Origin: Aliivibrio fischeri ES114
Lineage (GTDB): Bacteria; Pseudomonadota; Gammaproteobacteria; Enterobacterales; Vibrionaceae
DNA: 32,000 nucleotides
Assembly: GCF_000011805.1 (NCBI RefSeq)
Contig: NC_006841.2
Reading direction: 5' to 3' (one strand)
Positions 18,162 to 26,802 of this stretch are shown here, one piece after another; position 1 is the stretch's first letter, and every line of letters starts with the position of its first letter. The notes under the pieces are model-generated. The model was given only the letters and a program-made list of their open reading frames with translations, was not told where the DNA came from and made no database searches. The position numbers and the translations under genes are program-made.

Positions 18162-18562
18162 TGAATTCTCAATTTATGCACGGCAATACGCACCAGAAAT
18201 AGATCTGGGGTGTAAATAAGTGCTTCTTTGATAAATGTTGAGCGCGGAAAAGTAGCCGAAAGTACGGCAAAGAATTAACAAGCGCAAAGAGTTAAGCCTA
18301 ATACTCTGGTGAGCACAGTGCTTAGTTAGCAATGAGAGCTATAGGGGGGGAGCGTTTAAGGCGGCGTAATTAACACAGTGATCAATATCCTCTAAATCAA
18401 ATAGATAACCAGTGTATATTTACAAAGTCATCAATACAATTTCCATTATTAGGATCTAAGATTGCACAGTGTCACTACTCACCCCATCAAGTTATTAGTT
18501 TTATCTATATCAACTTGAAAAGTTAACTTTGACAAACATTATAGTTATTTCTAGTCTAACGC

Positions 18563-18593
18563 TTGACCCGTCTATAAGTGCAGGGTTGATAAT
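18563..18593 (+). promoter_or_regulatory. Candidate MerR-type promoter with a 19-bp spacer upstream of the MerR-family gene
   Basis: TTGACC (18563-18568), a 19-bp spacer, then GATAAT (18588-18593), about 29 nt before ATG 18622. The spacer contains ACCC...GGGT arms. A 19-bp spacing is the hallmark of MerR-activated promoters. Confidence 0.4.
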
Positions 18594-18621
18594 CGCCTCC
18601 AGATGGACAAGAGAGCACACT

Positions 18622-19143
18622 ATGTTAACTGTAACGCAAATGGCAAAGCACCATAATATCTCCCGCACTACGATTTTATATTATGAACGAGCAGGATTAC
18701 TTCTACCTGCTTATCGTTCTGATAATGGCTATCGTTGGTACGGAGATAAAGAATCCAAACGATTAGAAGTCATCATGGCTTATCGATCATTTGGTATTCC
18801 TATTACAGACATCATGCCGCTGCTTGACCATCAAGACGACATGACACAAGAAAGTATTTTACGTAATCAATTTAATGCGCTTGAAAATGAGATTCAACGA
18901 TTACGACAACAACAAAATGCGATTGTCATGTTACTAAAGCAACCTACACTATTGGAGCAAAATATGGTTACTAAAGCACGCTGGGTCGAAATAATGAAAG
19001 CAGCAGGTCTTAATGAACAAGACATGCAAAATTGGCACAAACAGTTCGAAAAAATGGAACCTGATGCTCATCAAGAGTTTTTAGAATCACTAAGTATTGA
19101 TGCAGAGGAAATTTCTGAGATTAGAGCTTGGTCTAAAGCTTAA
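18622..19143 (+). CDS. MerR-family transcriptional regulator
   Basis: MLTVTQMAKHHNISRTTILYYERAGLLLPAYRSDNGYRWY is a canonical MerR wHTH, followed by a coiled-coil dimerisation helix (LENEIQRLRQQQNAI). ATG 18622 with an AGAGAG SD. The 31 upstream codons in the ORF track look non-coding. Confidence 0.8.
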   Translation: MLTVTQMAKHHNISRTTILYYERAGLLLPAYRSDNGYRWYGDKESKRLEVIMAYRSFGIPITDIMPLLDHQDDMTQESILRNQFNALENEIQRLRQQQNAIVMLLKQPTLLEQNMVTKARWVEIMKAAGLNEQDMQNWHKQFEKMEPDAHQEFLESLSIDAEEISEIRAWSKA

Positions 19144-19157
19144 GAGATAAAAACGGA

Positions 19158-19186
19158 AACGCCTAAAGTTATTAGCTTTAGGCGTT
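19158..19186. terminator. Hairpin terminator between the MerR gene and the convergent GNAT gene
   Basis: 11-bp perfect stem AACGCCTAAAG / CTTTAGGCGTT with a 7-nt loop. The T-run (TTCCGTTTTT) is on the minus-strand side only. Confidence 0.6.
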
Positions 19187-19220
19187 ACTTCTAACAAGAC
19201 ACGATTAAAAAAACCGAGTG

Positions 19221-19652
19221 TTATAACTTCATGTGTAAGATTGGAAATGGTTTTCCCATATCATCAAGTTCAGAGCGAGATTCAACTTTAAACCCCATAT
19301 GTTGATAAAAGCCAACTGCTTGTGGATTTTGTTCATTAACATCCACACTCTCGGCATTCAGCTCATTCACAGCATAGGTTAACAAGGCTGTTCCAATTCC
19401 TTCTCCTCTTGCTTCATTTAGAATAAATAGCATTTCAATTTTTTGATTTAGTACGCCGATAAAACCAAGAATCGCACCATTATTATTCTTTATACAACGC
19501 AAAGTTACAGAAGGAAACGCATGCTCCATGATAATAGGCTTAAAAAACTCAATATCTTCATCACTAATAAAGTCATGAGTTGCTCGGACTGAATTTTCCC
19601 AAACAGACAGCATTTCTGCATAGTCTTTAGGAAGCACATTTTCGATAATCAT
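19221..19652 (-). CDS. GNAT-family N-acetyltransferase
   Basis: 143 aa. Acetyl-CoA binding motif A region ARGEGIGTALLTYAV and C-terminal FYQHMGFKV. Confidence 0.8.
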   Translation of the reverse strand: MIIENVLPKDYAEMLSVWENSVRATHDFISDEDIEFFKPIIMEHAFPSVTLRCIKNNNGAILGFIGVLNQKIEMLFILNEARGEGIGTALLTYAVNELNAESVDVNEQNPQAVGFYQHMGFKVESRSELDDMGKPFPILHMKL

Positions 19653-19705
19653 ACTGTTCTCACTTAAACGGGTTCATATTGACATGCGCAGCCGCGAATG
19701 TTCTA

Positions 19706-20581
19706 TTATACACATTTTTTAGACATAAACTTAGAAGCAAATCCAGTAACAAACATGGTGCCAATAACCACTAAAATCGTACCTATAATGGCATTTACTC
19801 CCACCGTTTCACCTAAGAACAAATACCCCCATAAAATCCCAAAAACAGGAATAATAAAGGTAACTGTTAAAGCAGAAGAAGCACCAAGCTCCTTAATAAG
19901 TCGAAAATACAATAAATAAGCCAATCCCGTACATACAGCACCAAGTGCAAAAACAGCCGCAATAATATCTGAAGTGACTTCTTCTCGAACAGGCATGAAA
20001 GGAACAAGAGGCAATACAAGTAATACAGATGCCCACATACTACCGTGCGCATTATTAAACGGCTCAACGCTTGGTGCATTTTTGGCATAATTAGTCGCAA
20101 CCCCATAGCTAAACGCACCAATTAACGCAGTAATAATTGGAATAATCGCTTCATCGCCAATATTAATCGCTTCCCACCCAACCAAAACACTTACACCAAT
20201 CATTCCAAGAATCAGACCAAATATAACGTCTTTACTTAATCTTGTTCGAGTCCAGATAGCTCCAATAACGGCTCCCCAAATCGGAGCTGTGGAATTAAGA
20301 ACAGCCAAAGTAGATACATTTAACACTTGCGCAGAATATGCAAATAACAAAAAAGGCAAAGCCGAATTAAACAGACCTAAAATAAGGAAGTGTTTAATAT
20401 TAGACATAAAACGTAGCGATTTTTTGAGGAAAAATGAAACAACAAGCAGAGTCAATGCGGCAAAAGCGACACGTACTTCAATTAAAACCGCAGGGCCTAA
20501 CGGATTAGCCGCAATCCTAACAAATAAAAATGAGCCTCCCCACAAAGCAGCTAACGTAAATAAACTTAAGATATTAACCAT
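19706..20581 (-). CDS. EamA/DMT-family transporter (10 TM)
   Basis: 291 aa, uniformly hydrophobic with a duplicated 5-TM EamA pattern (LWGGSFLF..., LGETV...IG). GGAG SD. Confidence 0.85.
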   Translation of the reverse strand: MVNILSLFTLAALWGGSFLFVRIAANPLGPAVLIEVRVAFAALTLLVVSFFLKKSLRFMSNIKHFLILGLFNSALPFLLFAYSAQVLNVSTLAVLNSTAPIWGAVIGAIWTRTRLSKDVIFGLILGMIGVSVLVGWEAINIGDEAIIPIITALIGAFSYGVATNYAKNAPSVEPFNNAHGSMWASVLLVLPLVPFMPVREEVTSDIIAAVFALGAVCTGLAYLLYFRLIKELGASSALTVTFIIPVFGILWGYLFLGETVGVNAIIGTILVVIGTMFVTGFASKFMSKKCV

Positions 20582-20824
20582 CTGTCACTCCAAACTGTGG
20601 TTGATTTTTGAGTGTGTTCGATAATGACAAATAACTCAACGCTATCATTAAAAAATGTCATTAACTACTCACATTTAAAACTCAAATAGATTAGCGCTAC
20701 TAATGAACTCATATTTTTCAATAGAGTTATAGACTGTCTCAATATTTGACAAGGTATATATAAACAAAAAAGGTATTATGTACGGATACACATAAAAACA
20801 AACTTCTATTTAAAGGAAAAAATT

Positions 20825-21214
20825 ATGAAAATTCGCTTTTATCTTCTTGCAGCACTCGCTATGACTTCACTTTTTGGCTGCAGTGGAGGCGAACAATCAC
20901 TGAAAGTAACAGCAAGCGCATACACATCAAGTGTTGGTGAAACAGATGATACCCCGAACCTTGCTGCATGGGGAGATACGCTTAAGCCGGGAATGAAATC
21001 AATCGCAGTATCAAGAGATCTAATCGAAATGGGTCTTACTCACAACCAAGAAGTGAGAATCGAAGGGCTTGATGGTACATATCGCGTTCTTGATAAAATG
21101 AACAAGCGCTGGAAAAAGAAGATCGATATTTACATGGGTGAAGATGTTGAAAAAGCAAGACAATGGGGTAAGAAAGAAGTCGTTATCTACTGGACTGTAG
21201 AAGAAGAAAAGTAG
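20825..21214 (+). CDS. Small lipoprotein with a 3D (MltA/RlpA-like double-psi beta-barrel) domain
   Basis: Lipobox LFGC. TASAYTSSVGETDDTPNLAAWGD, IAVSRDL, YRVLDKMNKRWKKKIDIYMG and ARQWGKKEV fit the 3D-domain pattern. Confidence 0.7.
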   Translation: MKIRFYLLAALAMTSLFGCSGGEQSLKVTASAYTSSVGETDDTPNLAAWGDTLKPGMKSIAVSRDLIEMGLTHNQEVRIEGLDGTYRVLDKMNKRWKKKIDIYMGEDVEKARQWGKKEVVIYWTVEEEK

Positions 21215-21249
21215 AAAGTTAATAACTGCGAATCCAAAGATTTACAACT

Positions 21250-21280
21250 AAAGTGGCCTTATTATGAGGCCACTTTTTTA
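21250..21280. terminator. Bidirectional terminator between the 3D-domain gene and phoX
   Basis: AAAGTGGCCT-TATTATG-AGGCCACTTT followed by TTTTA. Confidence 0.7.
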
Positions 21281-21298
21281 TATTTCTAATAAAAGATT

Positions 21299-23164
21299 CT
21301 AACTGCCGATCACGCCGCCGTTATCTTTGGTGATCATCACAATCGTTGACCGAGGCTTACTGTTTCCACCTTGTGGGAAATGTCCAGATGGGTGTTGCAC
21401 ACCAACAAACATCGTCTTTTGATCTTCAGAGAAAGTTAACCCAGTAATTTCACAACCAATTGGGCCAGTTAAGAAGCGACGCACTTCTCCAGTATTAGGA
21501 TCACCACACAACATCTGATTATTACCTTGTCCCGCAAAGTCTCCTTTGTTTGAGTAATTACCATCAGTTTGGATCCATAAACGTCCTGCTTTATCAAAAC
21601 CAATACCATCAGGACTGTTAAACATATTATCTTTATTGATGTTATCACTGCCAGCGTACAAACTATCTTTATGAACCGTTGGATTACCCGCAATTACGTA
21701 TAAATCCCACTGGAACGTATCACTAACATGATTGGCATTAGTTGGTGCCCAACGCACAATTTGTCCATAATGATTTTCAGCACGAGGGTTAACACCATCA
21801 ACGTCTTGGCCTTCTTTTACACCTCGATATTTATTATTGGTTAGTGTACAAAATACGTGCTTTTTATCAGGATGAACCGCAACCCATTCAGGTCTATCCA
21901 TTGTGGTTGCCCCCACTTGGGTTGCCGCACGGCGAGCAAAAATCATCACTTCAGCTTGGCTATTGAACCCATTTTCTCTGGTTAACCCATTTTTACCATA
22001 AGTCAACTCTAGCCACTGGCCATCACCTTCTAACTTATCGTCTTTCATTGCAAATTTAGCAACGTACAAGGTGCCCTCTTCAAGGAGATTACGATTTGCT
22101 CTGTTATTCCCTTCTTGATATTTATCTTTTGATACGAACTTATAAAGGTGTTCACCACGTTCGTCATCACCAAGATACACCACAACATGGCCATCATCAT
22201 TTACAACCAGTGCAGCATTTTCATGTTTAAATCGACCTAGTCCCGTTCGTTTTAATGGCGTTGATGTTGGATCATTTGGATCAATTTCAACCACCCACCC
22301 AAAACGATTCGGTTCATTTGGATTTTTCGCTACATCAAAACGATCATCAAAATTATGCCATTGATAATCACTTTGCTCTGCTTTAATACCATAACGCTTA
22401 TCATCAGGTGTTAATTCTGCATTTTGTTCTGAACCAAAAAAATCATTAAAATTTTCTTCGCACGTTAAATAAGTACCCCAAGGCGTTTCACCATTTGCAC
22501 AGTTATTAAAGGTACCTAACACTTTTTTACCCGTAGGATCGGCTTTGGTTTTTAGTAAATCATGACCCGCAGCAGGACCAGTCACTTCCATTTCAGTATT
22601 TGCTGTTATACGGCGATTTGCCTTGCCTGCTGAATCCATCGTCCATTGACCGTTCTTTTTTACAATTTCAACAATGGTAATTCCCACGGCCGCCTGTGCT
22701 TTAGCTACATCATCTGCTGTCATTTCTTTGCCTTGGTGAGCAAACAGAAATTCATAATTAGTATATTCATTATTAACTGCAAGAATCGCTCGATCGTTTG
22801 ATAATGGGAATACACTCATACCATCTGTGTTATCACCAAATTGCAATGCTTGCGCTTTTGAATCTTGCTTTCCATTTGGATTAAATTTCGGAGCGTTAAC
22901 AAAGATAGGGTCTCCCCAAGACATCAATGTATTCCAACTGTACCCTTTAGGAAGCACAATAGAGTCACTTGTAGAGGTGGGAATGGCTTCAAAGTTTAAT
23001 AACGCATTATTCATATTACCAGCGATGGCTTTTGCTACTGGGTTTAACGCCAAAAAAGCGCCAGCACCTGCCGCCGCAGTTCCCATCAAGAAACCTCGAC
23101 GAGATAAACGAGCATTCACCATATTGCTAAAATCAGATTCTTTCTCTACAAATTTATTCATCAT
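21299..23164 (-). CDS. phoX: PhoX-family alkaline phosphatase (DUF839), Tat-exported
   Basis: 621 aa. Twin-arginine signal LSRRGFLMGTAAAGAGAFLA. PhoX-like blocks NCANGETPWGTYLTCEEN, GWVVEIDP, GRFKHEN, PDGIGFD. The second ATG at 23161 is an equally possible start. Confidence 0.85.
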   Translation of the reverse strand: MMNKFVEKESDFSNMVNARLSRRGFLMGTAAAGAGAFLALNPVAKAIAGNMNNALLNFEAIPTSTSDSIVLPKGYSWNTLMSWGDPIFVNAPKFNPNGKQDSKAQALQFGDNTDGMSVFPLSNDRAILAVNNEYTNYEFLFAHQGKEMTADDVAKAQAAVGITIVEIVKKNGQWTMDSAGKANRRITANTEMEVTGPAAGHDLLKTKADPTGKKVLGTFNNCANGETPWGTYLTCEENFNDFFGSEQNAELTPDDKRYGIKAEQSDYQWHNFDDRFDVAKNPNEPNRFGWVVEIDPNDPTSTPLKRTGLGRFKHENAALVVNDDGHVVVYLGDDERGEHLYKFVSKDKYQEGNNRANRNLLEEGTLYVAKFAMKDDKLEGDGQWLELTYGKNGLTRENGFNSQAEVMIFARRAATQVGATTMDRPEWVAVHPDKKHVFCTLTNNKYRGVKEGQDVDGVNPRAENHYGQIVRWAPTNANHVSDTFQWDLYVIAGNPTVHKDSLYAGSDNINKDNMFNSPDGIGFDKAGRLWIQTDGNYSNKGDFAGQGNNQMLCGDPNTGEVRRFLTGPIGCEITGLTFSEDQKTMFVGVQHPSGHFPQGGNSKPRSTIVMITKDNGGVIGS

Positions 23165-23403
23165 ACTTCCCTTTTGAAACTGTTATTTTTATAAGTGTAT
23201 TTTTACAATCAGAAGTAGACTAAAGGTACTTTGTGACAGAAATATTGAAAGGAGATGACGATTTTATTGCGTATTTTTATTATCACTCTATATAAAAAAT
23301 AATATTAATAATTAAATATAAACCTGTAATAAACGACAGGAACATAAGCGTAATCATTCATATAAGATCCGCTCAAAAGGTTAGAAATATAAAGAAGGAT
23401 TTT

Positions 23404-23799
23404 ATGAAGAAAATATCAACGTTGTTACTTTTAACTCTTATATCGTCATCTACTTTTGCCGATAATATATACTCGTTCAAGTCATTAAGTAATCTGAGAG
23501 AAGTTCCAAAAGTTGGCGATACTTATAAGTTAGACCCAGTAGATCAAGCGTCTATAGAACTTGTTTGTTGGGATAAGGGAGAAAGTGACTATCGTTCTTT
23601 TTCTGCATGTGAAATTGTAGTTAACTATTCGGAAAAAGCGCTCTATGACCCTTGTTTCCAAGCAACAGATAGATTCTCTACTCCGCCCATTTATGTCGAA
23701 TTAAATAATAGTAGATTTTCTGGTTTACACGTATCTGGAATGAAAATTAAATTTAAAGAAATAAAATATGGAAACTTATTTTTTGAACTGATCAAGTAA
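23404..23799 (+). CDS. Hypothetical secreted protein (131 aa, 4 Cys), no family recognised
   Basis: Strong GAAGGA SD. Sec signal peptide MKKISTLLLLTLISSSTFA|DN. Followed by a terminator. Confidence 0.6.
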   Translation: MKKISTLLLLTLISSSTFADNIYSFKSLSNLREVPKVGDTYKLDPVDQASIELVCWDKGESDYRSFSACEIVVNYSEKALYDPCFQATDRFSTPPIYVELNNSRFSGLHVSGMKIKFKEIKYGNLFFELIK

Positions 23800-23820
23800 C
23801 TGTAAAGGTTATATCTTAAT

Positions 23821-23849
23821 AAAAAAGCCTCTATTGCAGAGGCTTTTTA
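23821..23849. terminator. Bidirectional terminator (AGCCTCT/AGAGGCT hairpin, family A copy 1)
   Basis: AAAAAAGCCTCT-ATTGC-AGAGGCTTTTT between convergent genes. Confidence 0.7.
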
Positions 23850-23853
23850 GCTT

Positions 23854-25338
23854 TTATTTAATCTTAACAACCGCTGGTGGTTGCCAAGTACCACTTAGCA
23901 TTTCCTCTTTAGGACCGTAAGCGCGAATAGTCATTGCTATGTCATCTTTTGGAGCAGGTAACCAGTTACCTATTTTATCTTCACTTGGTTTTTCATTTTG
24001 AATATATATGGTTAAGGAGCCATCTTTATTGTATTTCATCCCTTTATTCTTTGTACCAATTGAATAACGCTTTATATCATTTGGAACAAAGAAATGATTA
24101 GAGTTATACATAGTCAAAGACCAAAAACCATCAACAGGAGGAAGTTCTCCCTTTTTGAACGTTAATGTATAATTGTGGTTCCCATTAATACGCGTCCCAT
24201 TTTCATCTTTATATTGATAAAGATAACTCGTTTCGGTTACATCGTTCGTAAAGATGTTTGATTTAGCCACAGCTAAACGTGTTAAGTAATCCGTTCCAAA
24301 GCGTCCATTATCTTGGGGTCTAGTCCAGTAGTTATTTATTTCTTTACCTACATTCTCTAAGCGAAAAAGTGGGGTTACGATATTCATCTCAGCTTCATTA
24401 GCTACATCATTTAATATTTTTTGTAGCTCTTTATTCTCTTCTGCTTGAAGTAATAACTCCTTGAACTGTGCATACATAGCTTCTTCACCAGGAAGAGGAG
24501 ATACCTCTTCTAATACTTTCCCAAGCTGTTCTGCGCTAAAGAACATATTTGGATTTACCCATGTTTTCTCTGATTTGGTTTTCTTAGCTTCTGGGATATT
24601 TGGTAAAGATTTCCAATTGGTTATCTTCATTATTCCTGTAAATTCCGATAAAGGATAAGCACCTAATTGATTAACTACAGACTGAATTGCTTCTCTATCC
24701 TCAGCAGTGTCATCCATAAAAACACGTGGAATCACAACAGCAAGGTCTGTTGACGAACGAAATACTTTATTAATACCTTCAGGTATCTCACCATCCCACT
24801 CCGGTGACACTATCATATAAAACCCTGGCTTAGAGTCATAAATACTGCTGAGCTGTGCAAAACTATCCGTTCTCTGATCTTCCGCCATTACCGTCCAAAA
24901 ACGGTCTCCAAAGTCAGGAACCTGTATCACAACTGGCTCTTTATCTAGAGATAACATGCCAAAACCATATACAACATCTTGATTGGGATGGGCAACATCT
25001 CTCATGTTTGGTGATACATAATCAGAAAGCATAGTTAAATGATTAATAGGGGCTGCAGGCATAGCTCCCCCAATATAACCTTGATATGGTACCTGCTTAA
25101 AAGCTTCACGTCGGTTATGCATATTAACCATCGGCCAGCCCCAAACATACGCATAATTTGCAATCGCTTTTGCGTACCCTTCAGTCATAATAGAACCTGT
25201 TGGTCCTTTTGCTGCTTGCTCATACGATAACGACTGTACTGGAATGCCTGTTCGATTGTTTTCAGCAATACTAATATTTTGACAACCAACCATTAAGGTA
25301 GCTATTGGCAATAATAGACAAATTCGATTTAATTTCAT
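23854..25338 (-). CDS. Exported DUF1254/DUF1214-domain protein, probable lipoprotein
   Basis: 494 aa. Signal peptide with LMVGC. N-terminal DUF1254-like AYVWGWPMVNM. C-terminal DUF1214-like GFWSLTMYN...NWLPAP...IRAYGP. AGGAG SD. Sits 18 nt downstream of its paralog. Confidence 0.7.
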   Translation of the reverse strand: MKLNRICLLLPIATLMVGCQNISIAENNRTGIPVQSLSYEQAAKGPTGSIMTEGYAKAIANYAYVWGWPMVNMHNRREAFKQVPYQGYIGGAMPAAPINHLTMLSDYVSPNMRDVAHPNQDVVYGFGMLSLDKEPVVIQVPDFGDRFWTVMAEDQRTDSFAQLSSIYDSKPGFYMIVSPEWDGEIPEGINKVFRSSTDLAVVIPRVFMDDTAEDREAIQSVVNQLGAYPLSEFTGIMKITNWKSLPNIPEAKKTKSEKTWVNPNMFFSAEQLGKVLEEVSPLPGEEAMYAQFKELLLQAEENKELQKILNDVANEAEMNIVTPLFRLENVGKEINNYWTRPQDNGRFGTDYLTRLAVAKSNIFTNDVTETSYLYQYKDENGTRINGNHNYTLTFKKGELPPVDGFWSLTMYNSNHFFVPNDIKRYSIGTKNKGMKYNKDGSLTIYIQNEKPSEDKIGNWLPAPKDDIAMTIRAYGPKEEMLSGTWQPPAVVKIK

Positions 25339-25356
25339 GATAGGACTCCTAAAATA

Positions 25357-26661
25357 TTATTTCGAAATTACCGCTTGAGGCATTTGATAATCACCTTTTT
25401 GAACAGCTTCACTTGCGCCATACAAACGCATAACTAAATAAAACTCTTTTTTAGGAATAGGAAGAAAATTCGATTTACCCTTATTTGTTTTTTCATCAGC
25501 ACTCAAAGTAATAGTGTAATATCCGTCCTTATCAGCAGTTAATGTTCTGTCTCCTCGGCTATGTCGATTTAACCCGTTCTTTGCCATTAATCGGTTATCA
25601 GCCCCATATACTGTCACAGACCAAAATTCACTTACATCTGGAGCTTTAAAATGCATTGTATAACTGTGTTTTGCCCCATTTAATTTATGACCGTTAGGAT
25701 CTTTTTCTAACTTACGATAAGCGGCTTCTTCTGGTGGTAACCCCCACTGACCAACATAAGTACCAACAGAGAAAACACCACGATCAGCATCTCCCAAACT
25801 TTTTCTCGTACCAAGAATCAAACGGGCATCAGTAGTTGTTTTGGATAATTCAGCGATGTGCTTCAATCCTTTTTCCTTACCAATTTTTTGCATTTGTAAC
25901 TGCTCATGGCTGAAATCGTACTTACACGCCTCTAAACCCACGGACTTATATTGTTGTAACCACTGCTTATCCGCTTTCGCTAAACTGCCTTCACATAACA
26001 CAAAATTAGTTGTTTCTAGCCAAGACGTTTTTTCTGGATCTGGATAATGACGAATACGAGGCTTTGGTCCATTTTTACCAAGATATTCAGATAACGTTCT
26101 AATGTTCCATTGATCCATATATGACTGAGCAACTTGAGTGTCTTGTGGACCATTAGCCATAATTCGCCCCATCAATTTAACGAAGTTAGAGTCAACATGA
26201 ATGACTTCGTCAACAGAAGCAGGAACTTCTCCCTTCCACGTTGGTGATGCATACATAAACTGACCGCCTTGCTTACCACGAGTACGTGAACCAAACATAC
26301 TATCTGTATAATGTCCCATATCCATAGTATGAAGAATCCAATATCGGTCATCATCCATATTTGGAACACTAACAATGACTGGTTCTTGAGCTACATCTAA
26401 CCACCCCATTAAATGCAATGTGTCATTATTAATTGTTGGATGCGCAGTATAAGTATCATCAGCTAAATGACGAATATTTTGAAAACGGTTTAATGGATAA
26501 TCAGGTTTTACTGCTGTTTCATAAAAAAACTTATAAGCCTCATCCATAGAATAAGCGTACAGATAGGCATCTTCGGCAAGCTTTTCTGTAATCTGAGCAA
26601 ACGCCACATTTGTACTTCCTATCACTAGACAAGCAGCACTAATCGCATGTTTTAATTTCAT
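25357..26661 (-). CDS. Exported DUF1254/DUF1214-domain protein (paralog of 23854-25338), SPI-type signal
   Basis: 434 aa. Signal peptide ...NVAFA|QI. C-terminal EFWSVTVYG...NFLPIP...MRLYGA is collinear with the downstream paralog. Confidence 0.7.
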   Translation of the reverse strand: MKLKHAISAACLVIGSTNVAFAQITEKLAEDAYLYAYSMDEAYKFFYETAVKPDYPLNRFQNIRHLADDTYTAHPTINNDTLHLMGWLDVAQEPVIVSVPNMDDDRYWILHTMDMGHYTDSMFGSRTRGKQGGQFMYASPTWKGEVPASVDEVIHVDSNFVKLMGRIMANGPQDTQVAQSYMDQWNIRTLSEYLGKNGPKPRIRHYPDPEKTSWLETTNFVLCEGSLAKADKQWLQQYKSVGLEACKYDFSHEQLQMQKIGKEKGLKHIAELSKTTTDARLILGTRKSLGDADRGVFSVGTYVGQWGLPPEEAAYRKLEKDPNGHKLNGAKHSYTMHFKAPDVSEFWSVTVYGADNRLMAKNGLNRHSRGDRTLTADKDGYYTITLSADEKTNKGKSNFLPIPKKEFYLVMRLYGASEAVQKGDYQMPQAVISK

Positions 26662-26749
26662 TCTATCGCTCCAGCGTTGTTATTAATTAAGTAGCTACAC
26701 TATAAAAACTCACGAATTGAATGACGAATAGCAAAAACCAATACAGAAC

Positions 26750-26765
26750 ATATCAATTTTGATAT
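26750..26765. promoter_or_regulatory. Perfect palindrome, candidate LysR operator in the divergent promoter region
   Basis: ATATCAA-TT-TTGATAT has 7-bp perfect arms. It lies 38 bp upstream of the LysR start and 89 bp upstream of the DUF1254/1214 operon start. TTTGATA is repeated again at 26768-26774. Confidence 0.4.
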
Positions 26766-26802
26766 AGTTTGATAGGCGCTCAAATCAGAATGGATATATA
26801 AG

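Noticed and set aside
18529-18621. 31-codon N-terminal extension of the MerR ORF, with similar extensions of maoP (10182-10241), ybbP (8332-8364), tesA (9154-9168) and the AEC gene (29875-29928)
   Set aside because: Family homology begins at the internal Met in each case. The internal starts have better SD spacing, and the extensions would overlap promoters or neighbouring genes.
19033-19048. Sigma54-like TGGCAC-N5-GTTCG
   Set aside because: It lies inside the MerR-family coding sequence. The -12 element does not match TTGC, and there is no downstream gene or enhancer-binding-protein context.
20622-20687. 21-codon ORF MTNNSTLSLKNVINYSHLKLK in the eamA / 3D-domain spacer
   Set aside because: No SD, no terminator, and the composition is that of promoter DNA. 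Insufficient support.
23255-23302. 15-codon ORF MTILLRIFIITLYKK preceded by GGAG
   Set aside because: The GGAG abuts the ATG directly (zero spacing). The peptide is just translated A/T-rich promoter DNA, and there is no supporting context.
23222-23343. Pho box upstream of phoX
   Set aside because: Only a single half-site is present: CTGTCAC on the minus strand at 23233-23239, followed by AAAG TACCTTT. There is also an unrelated inverted repeat CCTGT-N8-ACAGG (23324-23341). The second 7-bp repeat of a PhoB box is missing, so no Pho box can be claimed.
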